Below, in pieces: positions 29,499 to 39,909 of a DNA stretch of 64,000 nucleotides. Origin of the DNA: Coxiellaceae bacterium UBA6002 (GTDB lineage Bacteria; Pseudomonadota; Gammaproteobacteria; UBA6002); contig DJAM01000060.1 in the NCBI GenBank assembly GCA_002429595.1, positions 1,636-65,635 on the forward strand, read 5' to 3'. Numbering within the stretch: position 1 is the stretch's first letter; the number at the start of each line of letters is the position of its first letter. The position numbers and the translations under genes were made by a program. Under the pieces are notes generated by a model. It ran no database searches and was not told the DNA's origin. It saw nothing but the letters and a program-made list of their open reading frames with translations.

Positions 29499-29921
29499 TT
29501 ATGCATACTTCGGATACGGTAAGGTTAATACATCACATCTTGCATTCGATAAAGCCGCATAAGCTGTGGAGCCCAACAGATGATAAAGTCCACGGCGTTC
29601 ATGATGTCCTACGATGAGTAAATCTATGTCCAGTCGCTTCATGTAGTCAGGAATAATGTCCTTTGGGTTACCGCATTCCACATATTGATTTTCAGGAGGC
29701 ACATTCAATTTCTTGCCTATTTCAGCTAATTGTTCTTTTCCATGCTCCATACAGGATGCTTTGTCATACAGTAGTTCTTCATACACGCCATTGGGTAATT
29801 CAACCACATGAAGCAAACTCAGTTTTGCATGAAACAATTCATTTAATTGTTTGATTTTTTCGACAGCAAAATAATTTCCTTTACTGTCAAGCTCAACAGC
29901 AAATAAAATATGTTTATACAT
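29499..29921 (-). CDS. Universal stress protein (UspA family)
   Basis: ILFAVEL, DLLIVGHHERRG and LLGSTAYAALSNARCDVL motifs. Confidence 0.85.
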   Translation of the reverse strand: MYKHILFAVELDSKGNYFAVEKIKQLNELFHAKLSLLHVVELPNGVYEELLYDKASCMEHGKEQLAEIGKKLNVPPENQYVECGNPKDIIPDYMKRLDIDLLIVGHHERRGLYHLLGSTAYAALSNARCDVLTLPYPKYA

Positions 29922-29954
29922 GGCAACTCCTTAAAACTATTTTTAGTTCCTTCT

Positions 29955-32330
29955 TCATAGCTTTCCCAACTTTTGTATTTTCAAGAGGGCTGAATTAGCA
30001 ATAACAGAAAGAGAGCTCAGCGCCATGGCAGCGGCGGCGATGATGGGATTAAGAAACCCAAAAGCGGCGATTGGCAGGCCAATCGTGTTATAAATAAATG
30101 CCCAGAAGAGGTTTTGCTTGATCTTCCGCATGGTAGCGCGAGACACACGAATAGCTGTGACCACATCGCGCACATCGTTCTTGATAAGAATGATGCCTCC
30201 CGTTTCTTTCGCCACGTCTGAACCTGAGCCAATGGCAATACCGATAGTTGCTGTGGCGAGTGCAGGCGCATCATTCACCCCATCTCCGACCATGGCCACT
30301 ACTTTGCCTTGTTTCTGCAAGTTCTGAATAACTTCTACTTTTGATGCAGGTAGGACTTCAGCAATAACTCGGGTAATCCCCAACTGTTTTGCAATCGCAT
30401 TGGCAGTGCGCTGATTGTCTCCGGTGAGCATGATCACTTCGATCCCATCGGCTTGTAGGCTCGATATAGCTTCTTTGGCTTCGGGTTTCAATGTATCAGC
30501 CACAGCAATGATACCAATCAATGTTTGATCGGATGCAACCAGCATGGCAGTTTTGCCTTCTGCTTCGAGTTGTGGCATGTATTTTTCTGCGACTTGAGTT
30601 GCAATATTTTCACGTTGAAATAGACGGCGATTACCCAGTAGAACATGATGATTGTCAACCGTACCTTGAATACCATGGCCTGGAATTGCCTCGAATTGAG
30701 ATAGGGTGGGTATGCTTAGCTTGCGGTGCTGCGCGGCACGCACGATGGCCTCGCCCAAAGGATGCTCAGAACCCGCCTCAAGTGCGGCTCCTAATGATAA
30801 AATTTCATTTTCGGATTGGGATGAAAGCATGATGATGTCGGTGACATTCGGTTCGCCGCGTGTCAACGTACCCGTTTTGTCAAAAACAATCGTCGTTAAT
30901 TTTTGGGCGCGTTCTAACACCTCTCCACCACGAATCAAGATACCTTTGTCTGCGCCTTTACCCACACCGACCATGAGTGCCGCCGGCGTTGCGACCCCGA
31001 GGGCGCAAGGACAAGAAATGATCAGGACCGCAATGAAGGCGAGCAGTCCTTGTGGGAAGTTGCCAGCAATCCACCAGCCGAAAAACGCAAGTAAAGCAAT
31101 GATGACGACACTGGGAACAAAATAGGCCGTCACCTGATCAGCAATACGCTGAATTTGTGCGGTACTTGCTTGAGCATCTTCAACCATCTTAATAATTTGT
31201 GCTAAGGCTGTTTGTGCACCTACCTTGGTTGCTTTAAAGCGAAGCATGCCATGTTGGTTCAATGTACCGCCGATCACTTCATCACCCGGATGTTTCTCAA
31301 TGGGCATGGATTCTCCTGTCAGCATGGATTCGTCCACAGAAGATGATCCTTCAAAAACTGCGCCATCAGTTGGGATTTTTTCGCCTGGACGTACAATGAC
31401 TACTTCATCCACCATGATGGTTTCTGCAGGGATTTCCATTTCTTGTCCTTCGCGAATGACATGAGCGGTTGCGGGTTTCAAATCCAATAGCTTGCGTACG
31501 GCAGCAGAAGATCGCTTCTTAATAATTTCTTCCATGTACTTGCCTAGCAGCACGAAGGCGATGATGACCGCTGACACCTCAAAGTAGACATCGCGTTCAT
31601 TCACTTTGATGGGCAGTACATCAGGAAAGAACAGCACGGCGACACTATAAAAATAAGCCACAGAGGTACCCAGCGCGATCAAAAAATCCATATTGATGTG
31701 GCGTGTTCGGATCGCATCCCATGAACCTTTATAAAAGCTCCAGCCGCCAATGAATTGTACCGGTGTGACTAAAATGAATAGCCACATACCCCAAGTGAAC
31801 CAAGGCAGAGCGGGGATGGGTGCCCAAGTGACAATGGTGGCGCCTGCCGCCAATGTCAAAAAGGCGCCGGCGCGTAGAATGGCGAGTAGGAGTACGCCGG
31901 TCAGAGCGATCGCGACCCGCTTTTTCATCGATTTAAGTTCTGCTTCAGGTGATTCGAATGTGTGCAGACAATTGACACTGCAGAAGTAATAAGCACGTCC
32001 TGCCCGCTGCGTTTTAAGGGCAGTGGATTTTTCGACAATCATGCCACAGATGGGATCTTTTGCCTTTTCATGGCTTGGCTTCTCCGGCTCCTCAAGTTTT
32101 TTTTGGGGTGTCTGTTCGTGGATATTTAAATCAGAAGTGTGATCATGTGATTCGGGTGGTGCTTTAACAAATTTTGCTGGATCTTCCTGGAATTTGGCCT
32201 GGCATTTTGCAGAACAAAAATAATAGCGATGTCTGTTAAGAACCACATTGCCTGAAGCGGATTCTTCGCTAATTTGCATTCCACAAACTGGATCAATGGT
32301 CATCACAAATCCTTTATCGACTTTCTCCAT
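29955..32330 (-). CDS. copA: P1B-1 Cu(I)-translocating ATPase with two N-terminal YHS/TRASH domains
   Basis: DPVCGM...[12 protein letters not shown] and DPICGM...[12 protein letters not shown] are YHS domains. Also [22 protein letters not shown] in TM7 and MALSS in TM8. No classical CxxC HMA domain. Confidence 0.9.
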   Translation of the reverse strand: MEKVDKGFVMTIDPVCGMQISEESASGNVVLNRHRYYFCSAKCQAKFQEDPAKFVKAPPESHDHTSDLNIHEQTPQKKLEEPEKPSHEKAKDPICGMIVEKSTALKTQRAGRAYYFCSVNCLHTFESPEAELKSMKKRVAIALTGVLLLAILRAGAFLTLAAGATIVTWAPIPALPWFTWGMWLFILVTPVQFIGGWSFYKGSWDAIRTRHINMDFLIALGTSVAYFYSVAVLFFPDVLPIKVNERDVYFEVSAVIIAFVLLGKYMEEIIKKRSSAAVRKLLDLKPATAHVIREGQEMEIPAETIMVDEVVIVRPGEKIPTDGAVFEGSSSVDESMLTGESMPIEKHPGDEVIGGTLNQHGMLRFKATKVGAQTALAQIIKMVEDAQASTAQIQRIADQVTAYFVPSVVIIALLAFFGWWIAGNFPQGLLAFIAVLIISCPCALGVATPAALMVGVGKGADKGILIRGGEVLERAQKLTTIVFDKTGTLTRGEPNVTDIIMLSSQSENEILSLGAALEAGSEHPLGEAIVRAAQHRKLSIPTLSQFEAIPGHGIQGTVDNHHVLLGNRRLFQRENIATQVAEKYMPQLEAEGKTAMLVASDQTLIGIIAVADTLKPEAKEAISSLQADGIEVIMLTGDNQRTANAIAKQLGITRVIAEVLPASKVEVIQNLQKQGKVVAMVGDGVNDAPALATATIGIAIGSGSDVAKETGGIILIKNDVRDVVTAIRVSRATMRKIKQNLFWAFIYNTIGLPIAAFGFLNPIIAAAAMALSSLSVIANSALLKIQKLGKL

Positions 32331-32486
32331 GATGGCAGATGATATTATCTGTAGATTTTATAATAGCTAAGTCAATCATGTTATGCCATCTGTCAGAATC
32401 ACATAGGCGAGTATGCTATAGTCGATAATAGAACAATCTTGCAGTCAACATAAAGTTTTCGATACTACTATGGAGTATTTTATATA

Positions 32487-32654
32487 ATGTTTCTATCTCA
32501 TTTTGTATTTGATTTAATTGTCCTGATCTTGGGTGTCGGTTTGCTCTTCTGGTCCAAGGGAGGTGAGGGTTTGGCAAACAAGATTGCAACATTATTTGCC
32601 TTTGTCATTATAATCCTTGCGGCTATTGCCATGGTTTACCACTTATTCCATTAA
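32487..32654 (+). CDS. Two-TM miniprotein, family copy C (55 aa, below the ORF-track cutoff)
   Basis: Hand translation: MFLSHFVFDLIVLILGVGLLFWSKGGEGLANKIATLFAFVIIILAAIAMVYHLFH. GGAG lies 10 nt upstream. The pattern LLFWSKGGEG...A resembles copies A and B. Divergent from copA. Confidence 0.45.
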   Translation: MFLSHFVFDLIVLILGVGLLFWSKGGEGLANKIATLFAFVIIILAAIAMVYHLFH

Positions 32655-32769
32655 TATTGAGAAAGTGACTATTTCTGTGTGCAAAGAGAATAAATTTAAA
32701 CTGTTTGATGGTCCTAAGATGTTTATTCTTGTCATTTGTTATTAAAGCTTAAACGTATTATACTAGTCT

Positions 32770-32781
32770 TAAACTAGTTTA
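32770..32781. promoter_or_regulatory. Palindromic candidate operator of the phd-vapC operon
   Basis: TAAACTAGTTTA is a perfect 12-bp palindrome 12 nt before the start codon. A second ACTAGT lies 11 bp upstream. Confidence 0.4.
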
Positions 32782-32792
32782 AAGAGGTATTT

Positions 32793-33032
32793 ATGTCTAC
32801 AGTAGGCGCTTTTGATGCAAAGACTCATTTTTCAGATCTTCTAAAAGAAGTAGAAAAAGGAGGACAAGTTGTGATAACTAAACATGGACGCCCCGTTGCT
32901 AAGCTGCTGCCTGCACAGGGCATCAGTCAAGAGGATGTTCGCACTGCTATTCAAAAACTCTTAGATTTTTCCAAGACACATACGTTGGGTGGTCTTGATT
33001 GGAAAGAATTGAGAGATGAAGGAAGAAAATAA
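32793..33032 (+). CDS. Type II antitoxin, Phd/YefM family
   Basis: MSTVGAFDAKTHFSDLLKEVEKGGQVVITKHGRPVAKLLP. Its stop overlaps the start of the PIN gene. Confidence 0.85.
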   Translation: MSTVGAFDAKTHFSDLLKEVEKGGQVVITKHGRPVAKLLPAQGISQEDVRTAIQKLLDFSKTHTLGGLDWKELRDEGRK

Positions 33033-33457
33033 TGATTGTAAAAACAGGCTTTGTTCTAGATGCTTCTATTGCACTGGCTTGGTGTTTTAGTGATGAGCAA
33101 ACAGAGCATACTCAGGGATTACTCCAAAGTTTGGAAACCGAAACCGCATTTGTTCCAGCATTATGGACCTTAGAAGTTGGTAATATTTTAGTTTCAGCAG
33201 AGAGACGCAAACGTATAACATTTGCCGATGTTAATCGATTCTTAGAACTGTTAGGACAGCTTAATATTAAAATTGATAATGAAACGGCAGATAAGGGATT
33301 TCATGAAATTCTAGCTTATGCTTATGCGCAAAAACTCACTACGTATGATGCGGCCTATTTAGAGCTTGCTATGCGAATGGGATTACCGTTAGCAAGTAAA
33401 GACAAACAATTATGTGAAGTTGCAAGTCGTCTTGGTACAAAAGTACTGCCTGTCTAG
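33032..33457 (+). CDS. vapC: PIN-domain toxin VapC
   Basis: 141 aa with FVLDASIALAW and TTYDAAYLELA acidic motifs. Paired with the upstream antitoxin. Confidence 0.85.
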   Translation: MIVKTGFVLDASIALAWCFSDEQTEHTQGLLQSLETETAFVPALWTLEVGNILVSAERRKRITFADVNRFLELLGQLNIKIDNETADKGFHEILAYAYAQKLTTYDAAYLELAMRMGLPLASKDKQLCEVASRLGTKVLPV

Positions 33458-33615
33458 TAGGGTCTTTCCAGCAATCATTCTTAATGAATCCCAATAACAA
33501 ATGAAGGGTGAAAATATTAAATTTTTTATCTGTTATAATTCATCCTTGTAGGCTTTAATTTTTTGCCTTTCAAAGGAGGCCTTAAATCACAAGGAATGAG
33601 TGAGAACGATCATCT

Positions 33616-35481
33616 ATGGAAAAGAAGAAATTTCAATTTTCGATTTGGTATTTTCTGGCTGTTTTTTTCATTATCATGATCATTCAAAGTATCGTGCTTA
33701 ACCCGCATACTCAAAAAGTCGACTACAGCGATTTCAAGACACTTCTTCAGGCGGGCAAATTAAATAATGTGGTGCTTAGCGAAGGAAATATTACGGCTTC
33801 ACTTAAACCTGAAGGCCTGGAGAGCTTACTCCCCAAAGAAAAAATAGATGAACTAAAAAGTGCAGGCAAGGGTGAGCATCGTATTACAACCGTACGAGTC
33901 AATGACCCAACCTTGGTCCAAGAATTGGAGGCATCGAAAATACGTTTTGCGGGGCAGATCGAAAGCAAGTGGTTAACGACCCTACTATCCTTTATTTTTC
34001 CTGTACTCATTTTTTTCTTTTTGTGGAGTTTCTTGATAAGACGCATGGGTGGTGGTGCGGGTGGCTTCATGGAGATTGGTAAGAGTAAAGCTAAAGTCTA
34101 CATGGAGAAGCAAACTGGAGTGACGTTCCAGGATGTGGCGGGAGTTGATGAAGCCAAAGCTGAGCTGATGGAGATTGTGGAATTTTTAAAGAATCCAGAG
34201 CACTATCGCCGTCTTGGCGCTCGAATGCCTAAAGGCATATTGTTAGTGGGTCCACCTGGTACAGGCAAGACTTTGCTTGCAAGGGCGGTTGCGGGAGAAG
34301 CAGGTGTCCCTTTCTTCTCAATCACGGGTTCTGAATTTGTAGAGATGTTTGTCGGTGTGGGTGCTGCACGCGTGCGTGATCTCTTTGAGCAGGCACGCAA
34401 GCGAGCGCCTGCTATTGTCTTCATTGATGAGCTCGATGCGCTTGGAAGGGCGCGTGGGGCTTATCCCATGAGCGGCGGACATGATGAGAAGGAACAAACA
34501 CTCAATCAATTGTTGGCTGAGATGGATGGTTTTGATCCAAGCAGCGGCCTGGTTCTGCTTGCTGCAACAAATCGTCCGGAGATTCTTGATCCAGCGCTCT
34601 TGCGCGCTGGACGTTTTGATCGGCACGTCTTAGTGGATCGGCCGGATAAAGTGGGGCGTGTGCAGATCCTTAATATCTATCTTAAAAAAATTCAACAAGC
34701 TCCTGATGTGGATGCTGAAAAAATCGCGGCATTGACACCCGGTTTTTCCGGTGCTGATTTGGCCAACTTGGTGAATGAAGCTACGCTCCTTGCTACCCGC
34801 CGCAATGTTGAGACAGTTAGCTTAGATGATTTCACGCGCGCCGTGGAACGAATTGTTGCAGGCCTTGAGAAAAAGAACCGTCTGTTAAATCCCAAGGAAC
34901 GTCAGGTTGTGGCTTATCATGAAATGGGTCACACCTTAGTCGCATTGTCTTTGCCAGGTGTGGATGTGATACACAAAGTTTCTATCATTCCTCGAGGAAT
35001 AGGATCACTCGGTTACACCATTCAGCGTCCAACAGAAGATCGTTATCTCATGACCAAGGAAGAGCTACAAAACAAAATGACTGTTTTACTGGGTGGGCGA
35101 GCCGCTGAGCAAATCGTATTTGGACATATTTCAACCGGCGCGGCTGATGATCTTGCTAAAGTAACCGATATTGCACGAAGCATGGTAATGCAATATGGCA
35201 TGCATGCCTCCCTCGGGCATGTTGTTTATGAAGCCCAGCATCCCGCTTTTCTGCAGGTTCCGATTGAGATGCCGGAAGGGCGCAAATTTAGTGAAGAAAC
35301 GGCGATGGAGATTGATCACGCCGTGCGAGAAATTACTAAAGAGGCATTTGATAAGGCCGTAGCCATTATTACCTATCATCGTGAGCAGTTGGAGCAGGGC
35401 GCACAATTGCTGCTACAAAAAGAAACACTGAGTGAAGAGGAACTGGCCGTGCTAATAGAGAAGAGGCAAGCATCAAACTGA
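33616..35481 (+). CDS. ftsH: ATP-dependent zinc metalloprotease FtsH (accessory paralogue)
   Basis: Two N-terminal TM segments, [23 protein letters not shown], the SRH region and the HEMGH zinc site. Confidence 0.9.
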   Translation: MEKKKFQFSIWYFLAVFFIIMIIQSIVLNPHTQKVDYSDFKTLLQAGKLNNVVLSEGNITASLKPEGLESLLPKEKIDELKSAGKGEHRITTVRVNDPTLVQELEASKIRFAGQIESKWLTTLLSFIFPVLIFFFLWSFLIRRMGGGAGGFMEIGKSKAKVYMEKQTGVTFQDVAGVDEAKAELMEIVEFLKNPEHYRRLGARMPKGILLVGPPGTGKTLLARAVAGEAGVPFFSITGSEFVEMFVGVGAARVRDLFEQARKRAPAIVFIDELDALGRARGAYPMSGGHDEKEQTLNQLLAEMDGFDPSSGLVLLAATNRPEILDPALLRAGRFDRHVLVDRPDKVGRVQILNIYLKKIQQAPDVDAEKIAALTPGFSGADLANLVNEATLLATRRNVETVSLDDFTRAVERIVAGLEKKNRLLNPKERQVVAYHEMGHTLVALSLPGVDVIHKVSIIPRGIGSLGYTIQRPTEDRYLMTKEELQNKMTVLLGGRAAEQIVFGHISTGAADDLAKVTDIARSMVMQYGMHASLGHVVYEAQHPAFLQVPIEMPEGRKFSEETAMEIDHAVREITKEAFDKAVAIITYHREQLEQGAQLLLQKETLSEEELAVLIEKRQASN

Positions 35482-35619
35482 CACGACTGGTCTACCCGTG
35501 CAGGAGAGGTGTTCTCTTTCAATAAATGATGAGTAGTTGAAAGTCTTCTTTTTTCTTTTGCTATTGGTGGCATTGCCTCGGTGATTTATCAATTTTGTTT
35601 TAAAGCGAAGCTTGAGCCC

Positions 35620-36027
35620 ATGACAAAAAAAGAAATGAGGAAGCCACAGCACAGATGGCATGAATTAATCCTTCTCACACCTGCGGTTGTTTTTATTCTT
35701 CTGGTGGCAGTGATGCCTTGGAATATAATTTATTCAGCCTCTCTAGCCTTGTTCATTGGTGCTTTGGTAGTTTGCTATTGCCGACCCGATTTAATAAAAA
35801 AAATTTGGATAGGTGGCTTATTATTTTTACTGTTATATCTGATTTTTTTTCTGGTTTTAGTGGTTATTTTTCCAAGATTTGTGGCCATGTCCTGGAATTT
35901 GAGTGCATTAAGTGGAGTCGTTATCTTTGGCATCCCCATCGAAGAATTATTATTTGCCTTTACCTTTGGCATGTTATGGTCGAGTCTTTATGAACATTTT
36001 TTATGGCTAAAATTAAGGATTAAATAA
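35620..36027 (+). CDS. Small polytopic membrane protein, lycopene-cyclase-domain-like
   Basis: The GIPIEELLFAFTFGMLW (PxEE..F) motif resembles the CrtYc/d-type lycopene cyclase domain. Start uncertain (GTG 35581 or ATG 35620). Confidence 0.4.
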   Translation: MTKKEMRKPQHRWHELILLTPAVVFILLVAVMPWNIIYSASLALFIGALVVCYCRPDLIKKIWIGGLLFLLLYLIFFLVLVVIFPRFVAMSWNLSALSGVVIFGIPIEELLFAFTFGMLWSSLYEHFLWLKLRIK

Positions 36028-36032
36028 TATCT

Positions 36033-36905
36033 ATGGAGTTTGTTTTATCGCAGAAATGGAAGGGCATACTTTGGATGCTGTTTCATTGTTTAAATTTGGC
36101 TGTACTTTCTATCATGGTTCGCTTCTGTACCGACGAGGGCTTGCCAGTCTTTGAGATATTTTTTCTCAGTACCTTCATATCGTTTTTGAGTATGTTGTGC
36201 TGGGCTATTTATACGAAAGGGAAATATCTCAAAGTCAGAACACCTTCCTTATACGTATTTCGTGCCCTGTTAGGTACAGCGGGTATGATACTTTGGTTTT
36301 ATACGCTTAAAATGATTCCTTTAACGGAAGCAACGGCGATTAATTACACCTCACCTTTGTTTGGTGCGATTGCTGGTATGTTCATTTTCGAACGCTGGGA
36401 TTGGCACCGTGTGATCGGTTTAGTTGTTGGTTTTTTGGGGGTCATGGTCGTGATTCGTCCAGGCATTGAGATGCTGAAGTGGGGAGCGGTGTTAGGCATT
36501 TTAGCCTCTCTGCTCTGGGCGATCGTCGATATTCTCACCAAAAGACAGACGCGCATTGAATTGCTGACGACGGATACTTTTTACATCACTTTATTCATGA
36601 TGCTCTTGTCTTTGCCCATGGGAGTAGCCGTATGGTTGCCTCCTACCTTTGATCAGTGGATTTCAATCCTGATTTTAGGCGGCGTTTTTTTTATTAATTT
36701 CTTTGCTATTTTTCAGGCTTATCGATTAGCAGATCTATCATTATTATTACCGGTCGATTTTAGCCGATTATTGTTCACCTTAGTATTAGCTTACTTTTTT
36801 TTTGGCGAAGTCATGGATATTTGGTCGGGTATTGGCGGACTCATCGTTCTAGCGAGTTCGGTTTATATCGCTCACTCTGAAGCAACAGCAAATAAGGAAC
36901 GATGA
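36033..36905 (+). CDS. EamA/DMT-family transporter
   Basis: 290 aa with ten predicted TM helices in two EamA-like halves. Confidence 0.75.
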   Translation: MEFVLSQKWKGILWMLFHCLNLAVLSIMVRFCTDEGLPVFEIFFLSTFISFLSMLCWAIYTKGKYLKVRTPSLYVFRALLGTAGMILWFYTLKMIPLTEATAINYTSPLFGAIAGMFIFERWDWHRVIGLVVGFLGVMVVIRPGIEMLKWGAVLGILASLLWAIVDILTKRQTRIELLTTDTFYITLFMMLLSLPMGVAVWLPPTFDQWISILILGGVFFINFFAIFQAYRLADLSLLLPVDFSRLLFTLVLAYFFFGEVMDIWSGIGGLIVLASSVYIAHSEATANKER

Positions 36906-37045
36906 GCAAAATTAATCAATAAAATATTACCTTTTATCCTAATTTTATTAAAATGTTCCCATTGGGGAAGATTACATAGGGGCGATAGGAAAATTATATT
37001 ATCATTGCCATAATAAGAATTCATATCTAAGGAAGGATAAAAACA

Positions 37046-38404
37046 ATGCAGCTGACTTTTTTGGGTGCGACTGGCACCGTCACGGGATCTCGGTATTTAC
37101 TTTCAGTTGATTCAAAAGAAATTTTAATCGACTGCGGTTTATTTCAAGGCTACAAAGAACTCCGATTACGCAATTGGGATCGATTCCCTGTTGATCCGCA
37201 CAGTATTGATGCGGTGGTACTGACGCATGCCCATATTGATCATACTGGGTATTTACCGCTGTTGGTGAAGAAGGGTTATCAAGGTCCCATCTACTCAACG
37301 GCGGCGACAAAAGATTTGTGTTCCATTCTTTTACCGGATAGCGGTTATCTGCAAGAGGAAGAAGCAAGATTAGCGAATAAATATGGCTATTCAAAGCACA
37401 AGCCCGCGCTTCCTCTTTATACAAAGGAGGATGGATTGAGAGCGTTGGAGCAGTTTCACGTTCTCCCTTTTGGTACTTCCTATTCGCTTTTCGATAACGT
37501 CAGCCTCTATTTTAAGCGTGCCGGCCATATCCTGGGCTCTTCCTTTGTGCAGTTTAATGTAAAAGATACCTCCCTTCTTTTTACTGGGGATATGGGTCGC
37601 TCCATGGATGCTGTGATGCGTGAACCGGAAACGGTTCAATCGGTGGATTATCTTGTGATCGAATCCACTTATGGGGATCGACTGCATCCGACTACAAATC
37701 CCCAAACTCGCCTCACAGAAGTGATTAATCAAACGGCAAAAAAAGGAGGCTCTATCATTATTCCTGCTTTTGCGGTAGGTCGTGCCCAGACAATACTTTT
37801 TTACATTTCTCAATTGAAGAAAACAGGTGCCATTCCCGATTTGCCCGTTTTCTTAGACAGCCCGATGGCGACCAATGCCACCAATATACTTTGTCAGTAT
37901 CAAGATGAGCATCGATTAAGTGAACAGCAATGTGTCGAGTTATGTAATGTCGCCAAATATATCAATACGCCTGAAGAGTCTAAAAAATTAGATGCCTATC
38001 GTATGCCGATGATCATTATTTCAGCCAGTGGCATGGCCACAGGTGGTCGTGTATTGCACCATATGAAAGTGTTTCTCCAAGACCCTCACAGCACCATTTT
38101 ACTTGCCGGATATCAAGCCGGCGGCACACGAGGTGCTAGACTCGTTCAGGGCGAAAAGGAAATCAAAATTCATGGTGAGATGATTCCGGTACGCGCACGT
38201 ATTGAATCATTAAGTAATTTGTCGGCACATGCTGATTATCAGGAAATATTAAGTTGGTTATCAAAATTCACCAAGCCACCACGCAAGGTTTTTATTACGC
38301 ATGGTGAGCCTGAAGCGTCAAAAGCATTAAAATCTAAAATTGAAGAAGCATTAGGTTGGTCCTGTGAGCTACCCAAATACTTGCAGGCAGAGTCGTTAGA
38401 ATGA
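37046..38404 (+). CDS. MBL-fold beta-CASP hydrolase (RNA-specificity domain type)
   Basis: HAHIDHTGYLP (HxHxDH), a later ESTYGD motif and C-terminal SAHAD. Size is typical of beta-CASP RNases. Confidence 0.8.
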   Translation: MQLTFLGATGTVTGSRYLLSVDSKEILIDCGLFQGYKELRLRNWDRFPVDPHSIDAVVLTHAHIDHTGYLPLLVKKGYQGPIYSTAATKDLCSILLPDSGYLQEEEARLANKYGYSKHKPALPLYTKEDGLRALEQFHVLPFGTSYSLFDNVSLYFKRAGHILGSSFVQFNVKDTSLLFTGDMGRSMDAVMREPETVQSVDYLVIESTYGDRLHPTTNPQTRLTEVINQTAKKGGSIIIPAFAVGRAQTILFYISQLKKTGAIPDLPVFLDSPMATNATNILCQYQDEHRLSEQQCVELCNVAKYINTPEESKKLDAYRMPMIIISASGMATGGRVLHHMKVFLQDPHSTILLAGYQAGGTRGARLVQGEKEIKIHGEMIPVRARIESLSNLSAHADYQEILSWLSKFTKPPRKVFITHGEPEASKALKSKIEEALGWSCELPKYLQAESLE

Positions 38405-39909
38405 ATAAAATTAAATATCCTTTGCGCTTAAAACGTCTTGGTATTGGCACTTACAAAGAAGCTGTGATTTATATGCGGGAAGATTGTCATGTGTGCCGAT
38501 CCGAAGGTTTTGAAGTACAAACTCGAATCCGTGTTGAGTTGCGGGATCGATCGATTTTAGCCACGCTCCACACCATCGATACGAATTTGATTGAAGAAGA
38601 TGAAGCCAGTCTCTCCAACTTTGCATGGGAAATGTTAGGGGCGAAAGAGAATGATGAAATCTTTTTGTCGCATCCTAAACCGTTACTATCGCTGAGCTTT
38701 ATTCATTCCAAGATTTATGGCAATGAACTGAATGCAGAATCTATTGGAGGCATCATCAAAGATGTGATGGAAGGGCAGTTATCGGATATCCAGATTGCTG
38801 CCTTCTTGACTGCATGTGCCGGTGGTAGGCTCAATCAGTCAGAAATTATTGAACTAACTAAGAGTATGGTACAGGTAGGGGAGCGTTTACAGTGGCCTTT
38901 ATCGATTGTGGTGGACAAACATTGTATTGGTGGACTTCCTGGAAATCGAACGACATTAATCGTGGTGCCTATTGTCGCCGCTTTTGGTTTGACTATTCCC
39001 AAAACTTCATCGAGAGCCATTACCTCGCCTGCAGGTACGGCAGATACCATGGAAGTATTAGCCCCTGTCAATCTAGATTTGCCCTTAATGAGAAAAGTGG
39101 TTGAAAAAGAAAATGGCTGCATTGCTTGGGGCGGTGCTGTGTCATTAAGTCCAGCCGATGATATTTTAATTAGAGTTGAGCGGGCTCTTGATTTAGACAG
39201 TGAAGGTCAATTAATTGCTTCTGTCTTATCCAAAAAAATCGCAGCTGGTGCAACGCATGTGGTAATTGATATTCCCATTGGTCCAACGGCAAAGGTGAGA
39301 AATTATGAGACAGCTGAATTATTAAAAAACTATCTGGAAGTCATTGGTAAAGAACTTAGCATGGTTGTTCATGTGGTTTTCACCGATGGATCACAACCGG
39401 TTGGGCGAGGCATAGGTCCTTCGTTAGAAGCAAGAGACGTACTCGCTGTTTTGAAGCAGGAAAAAAATGCACCGCAGGATTTACGTGAACGCGCTTTAGT
39501 CCTGGCGGGACATGCCTTGGAATTTTCAGCCACAGTTGAACCAGGTACCGGTCAAGCTATTGCGCAAAACATTCTCGATTCGGGTCAAGCTTGGCAAAAG
39601 TTTCAGGCGATTTGTCATGCACAAGGTGGCCTTTTTGAAGTGCCTACGTCAGCTTATACGCACATCATAACGGCTAAACGAGCCGGCAAAATTAATAGCA
39701 TTGATAATCGACGGATTGCTCGTCTTGCAAAATTAGCCGGTGCGCCAAAATCCAAAGCGGCTGGTGTTGATTTACATATCAAGATAGGTGATCTGGTTGA
39801 TAAAGATCAACCAATGTTCACGCTCCATTCTGAAACCCAAGCCGAATTGGAATATGCACTGACTTTTTTTCAAGAGCAAAATGACATTGTTTCTCTGGAG
39901 CCGATATAA
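38401..39909 (+). CDS. Long-form thymidine-phosphorylase-family protein (archaeal AMP-phosphorylase-like)
   Basis: DKHCIGGLPGNRTTLIVVPIVAAFGL...SSRAITSPAGTADTME aligns with the DeoA core. It is 502 aa with a ~80-aa N-terminal extension. ATGA overlap with the upstream gene. Confidence 0.8.
   Translation: MNKIKYPLRLKRLGIGTYKEAVIYMREDCHVCRSEGFEVQTRIRVELRDRSILATLHTIDTNLIEEDEASLSNFAWEMLGAKENDEIFLSHPKPLLSLSFIHSKIYGNELNAESIGGIIKDVMEGQLSDIQIAAFLTACAGGRLNQSEIIELTKSMVQVGERLQWPLSIVVDKHCIGGLPGNRTTLIVVPIVAAFGLTIPKTSSRAITSPAGTADTMEVLAPVNLDLPLMRKVVEKENGCIAWGGAVSLSPADDILIRVERALDLDSEGQLIASVLSKKIAAGATHVVIDIPIGPTAKVRNYETAELLKNYLEVIGKELSMVVHVVFTDGSQPVGRGIGPSLEARDVLAVLKQEKNAPQDLRERALVLAGHALEFSATVEPGTGQAIAQNILDSGQAWQKFQAICHAQGGLFEVPTSAYTHIITAKRAGKINSIDNRRIARLAKLAGAPKSKAAGVDLHIKIGDLVDKDQPMFTLHSETQAELEYALTFFQEQNDIVSLEPI

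Noticed and set aside
30017-31989. Several 70-140-aa ORFs antisense to or out of frame within copA (30017-30274, 30118-30327, 30521-30832, 30706-31125, 31225-31464, 31750-31989).
   Set aside because: They lie entirely inside a well-supported P-type ATPase gene in a GC-richer stretch where stop codons are rare. Their translations are low-complexity (A/S/P/R-rich) with no motifs.
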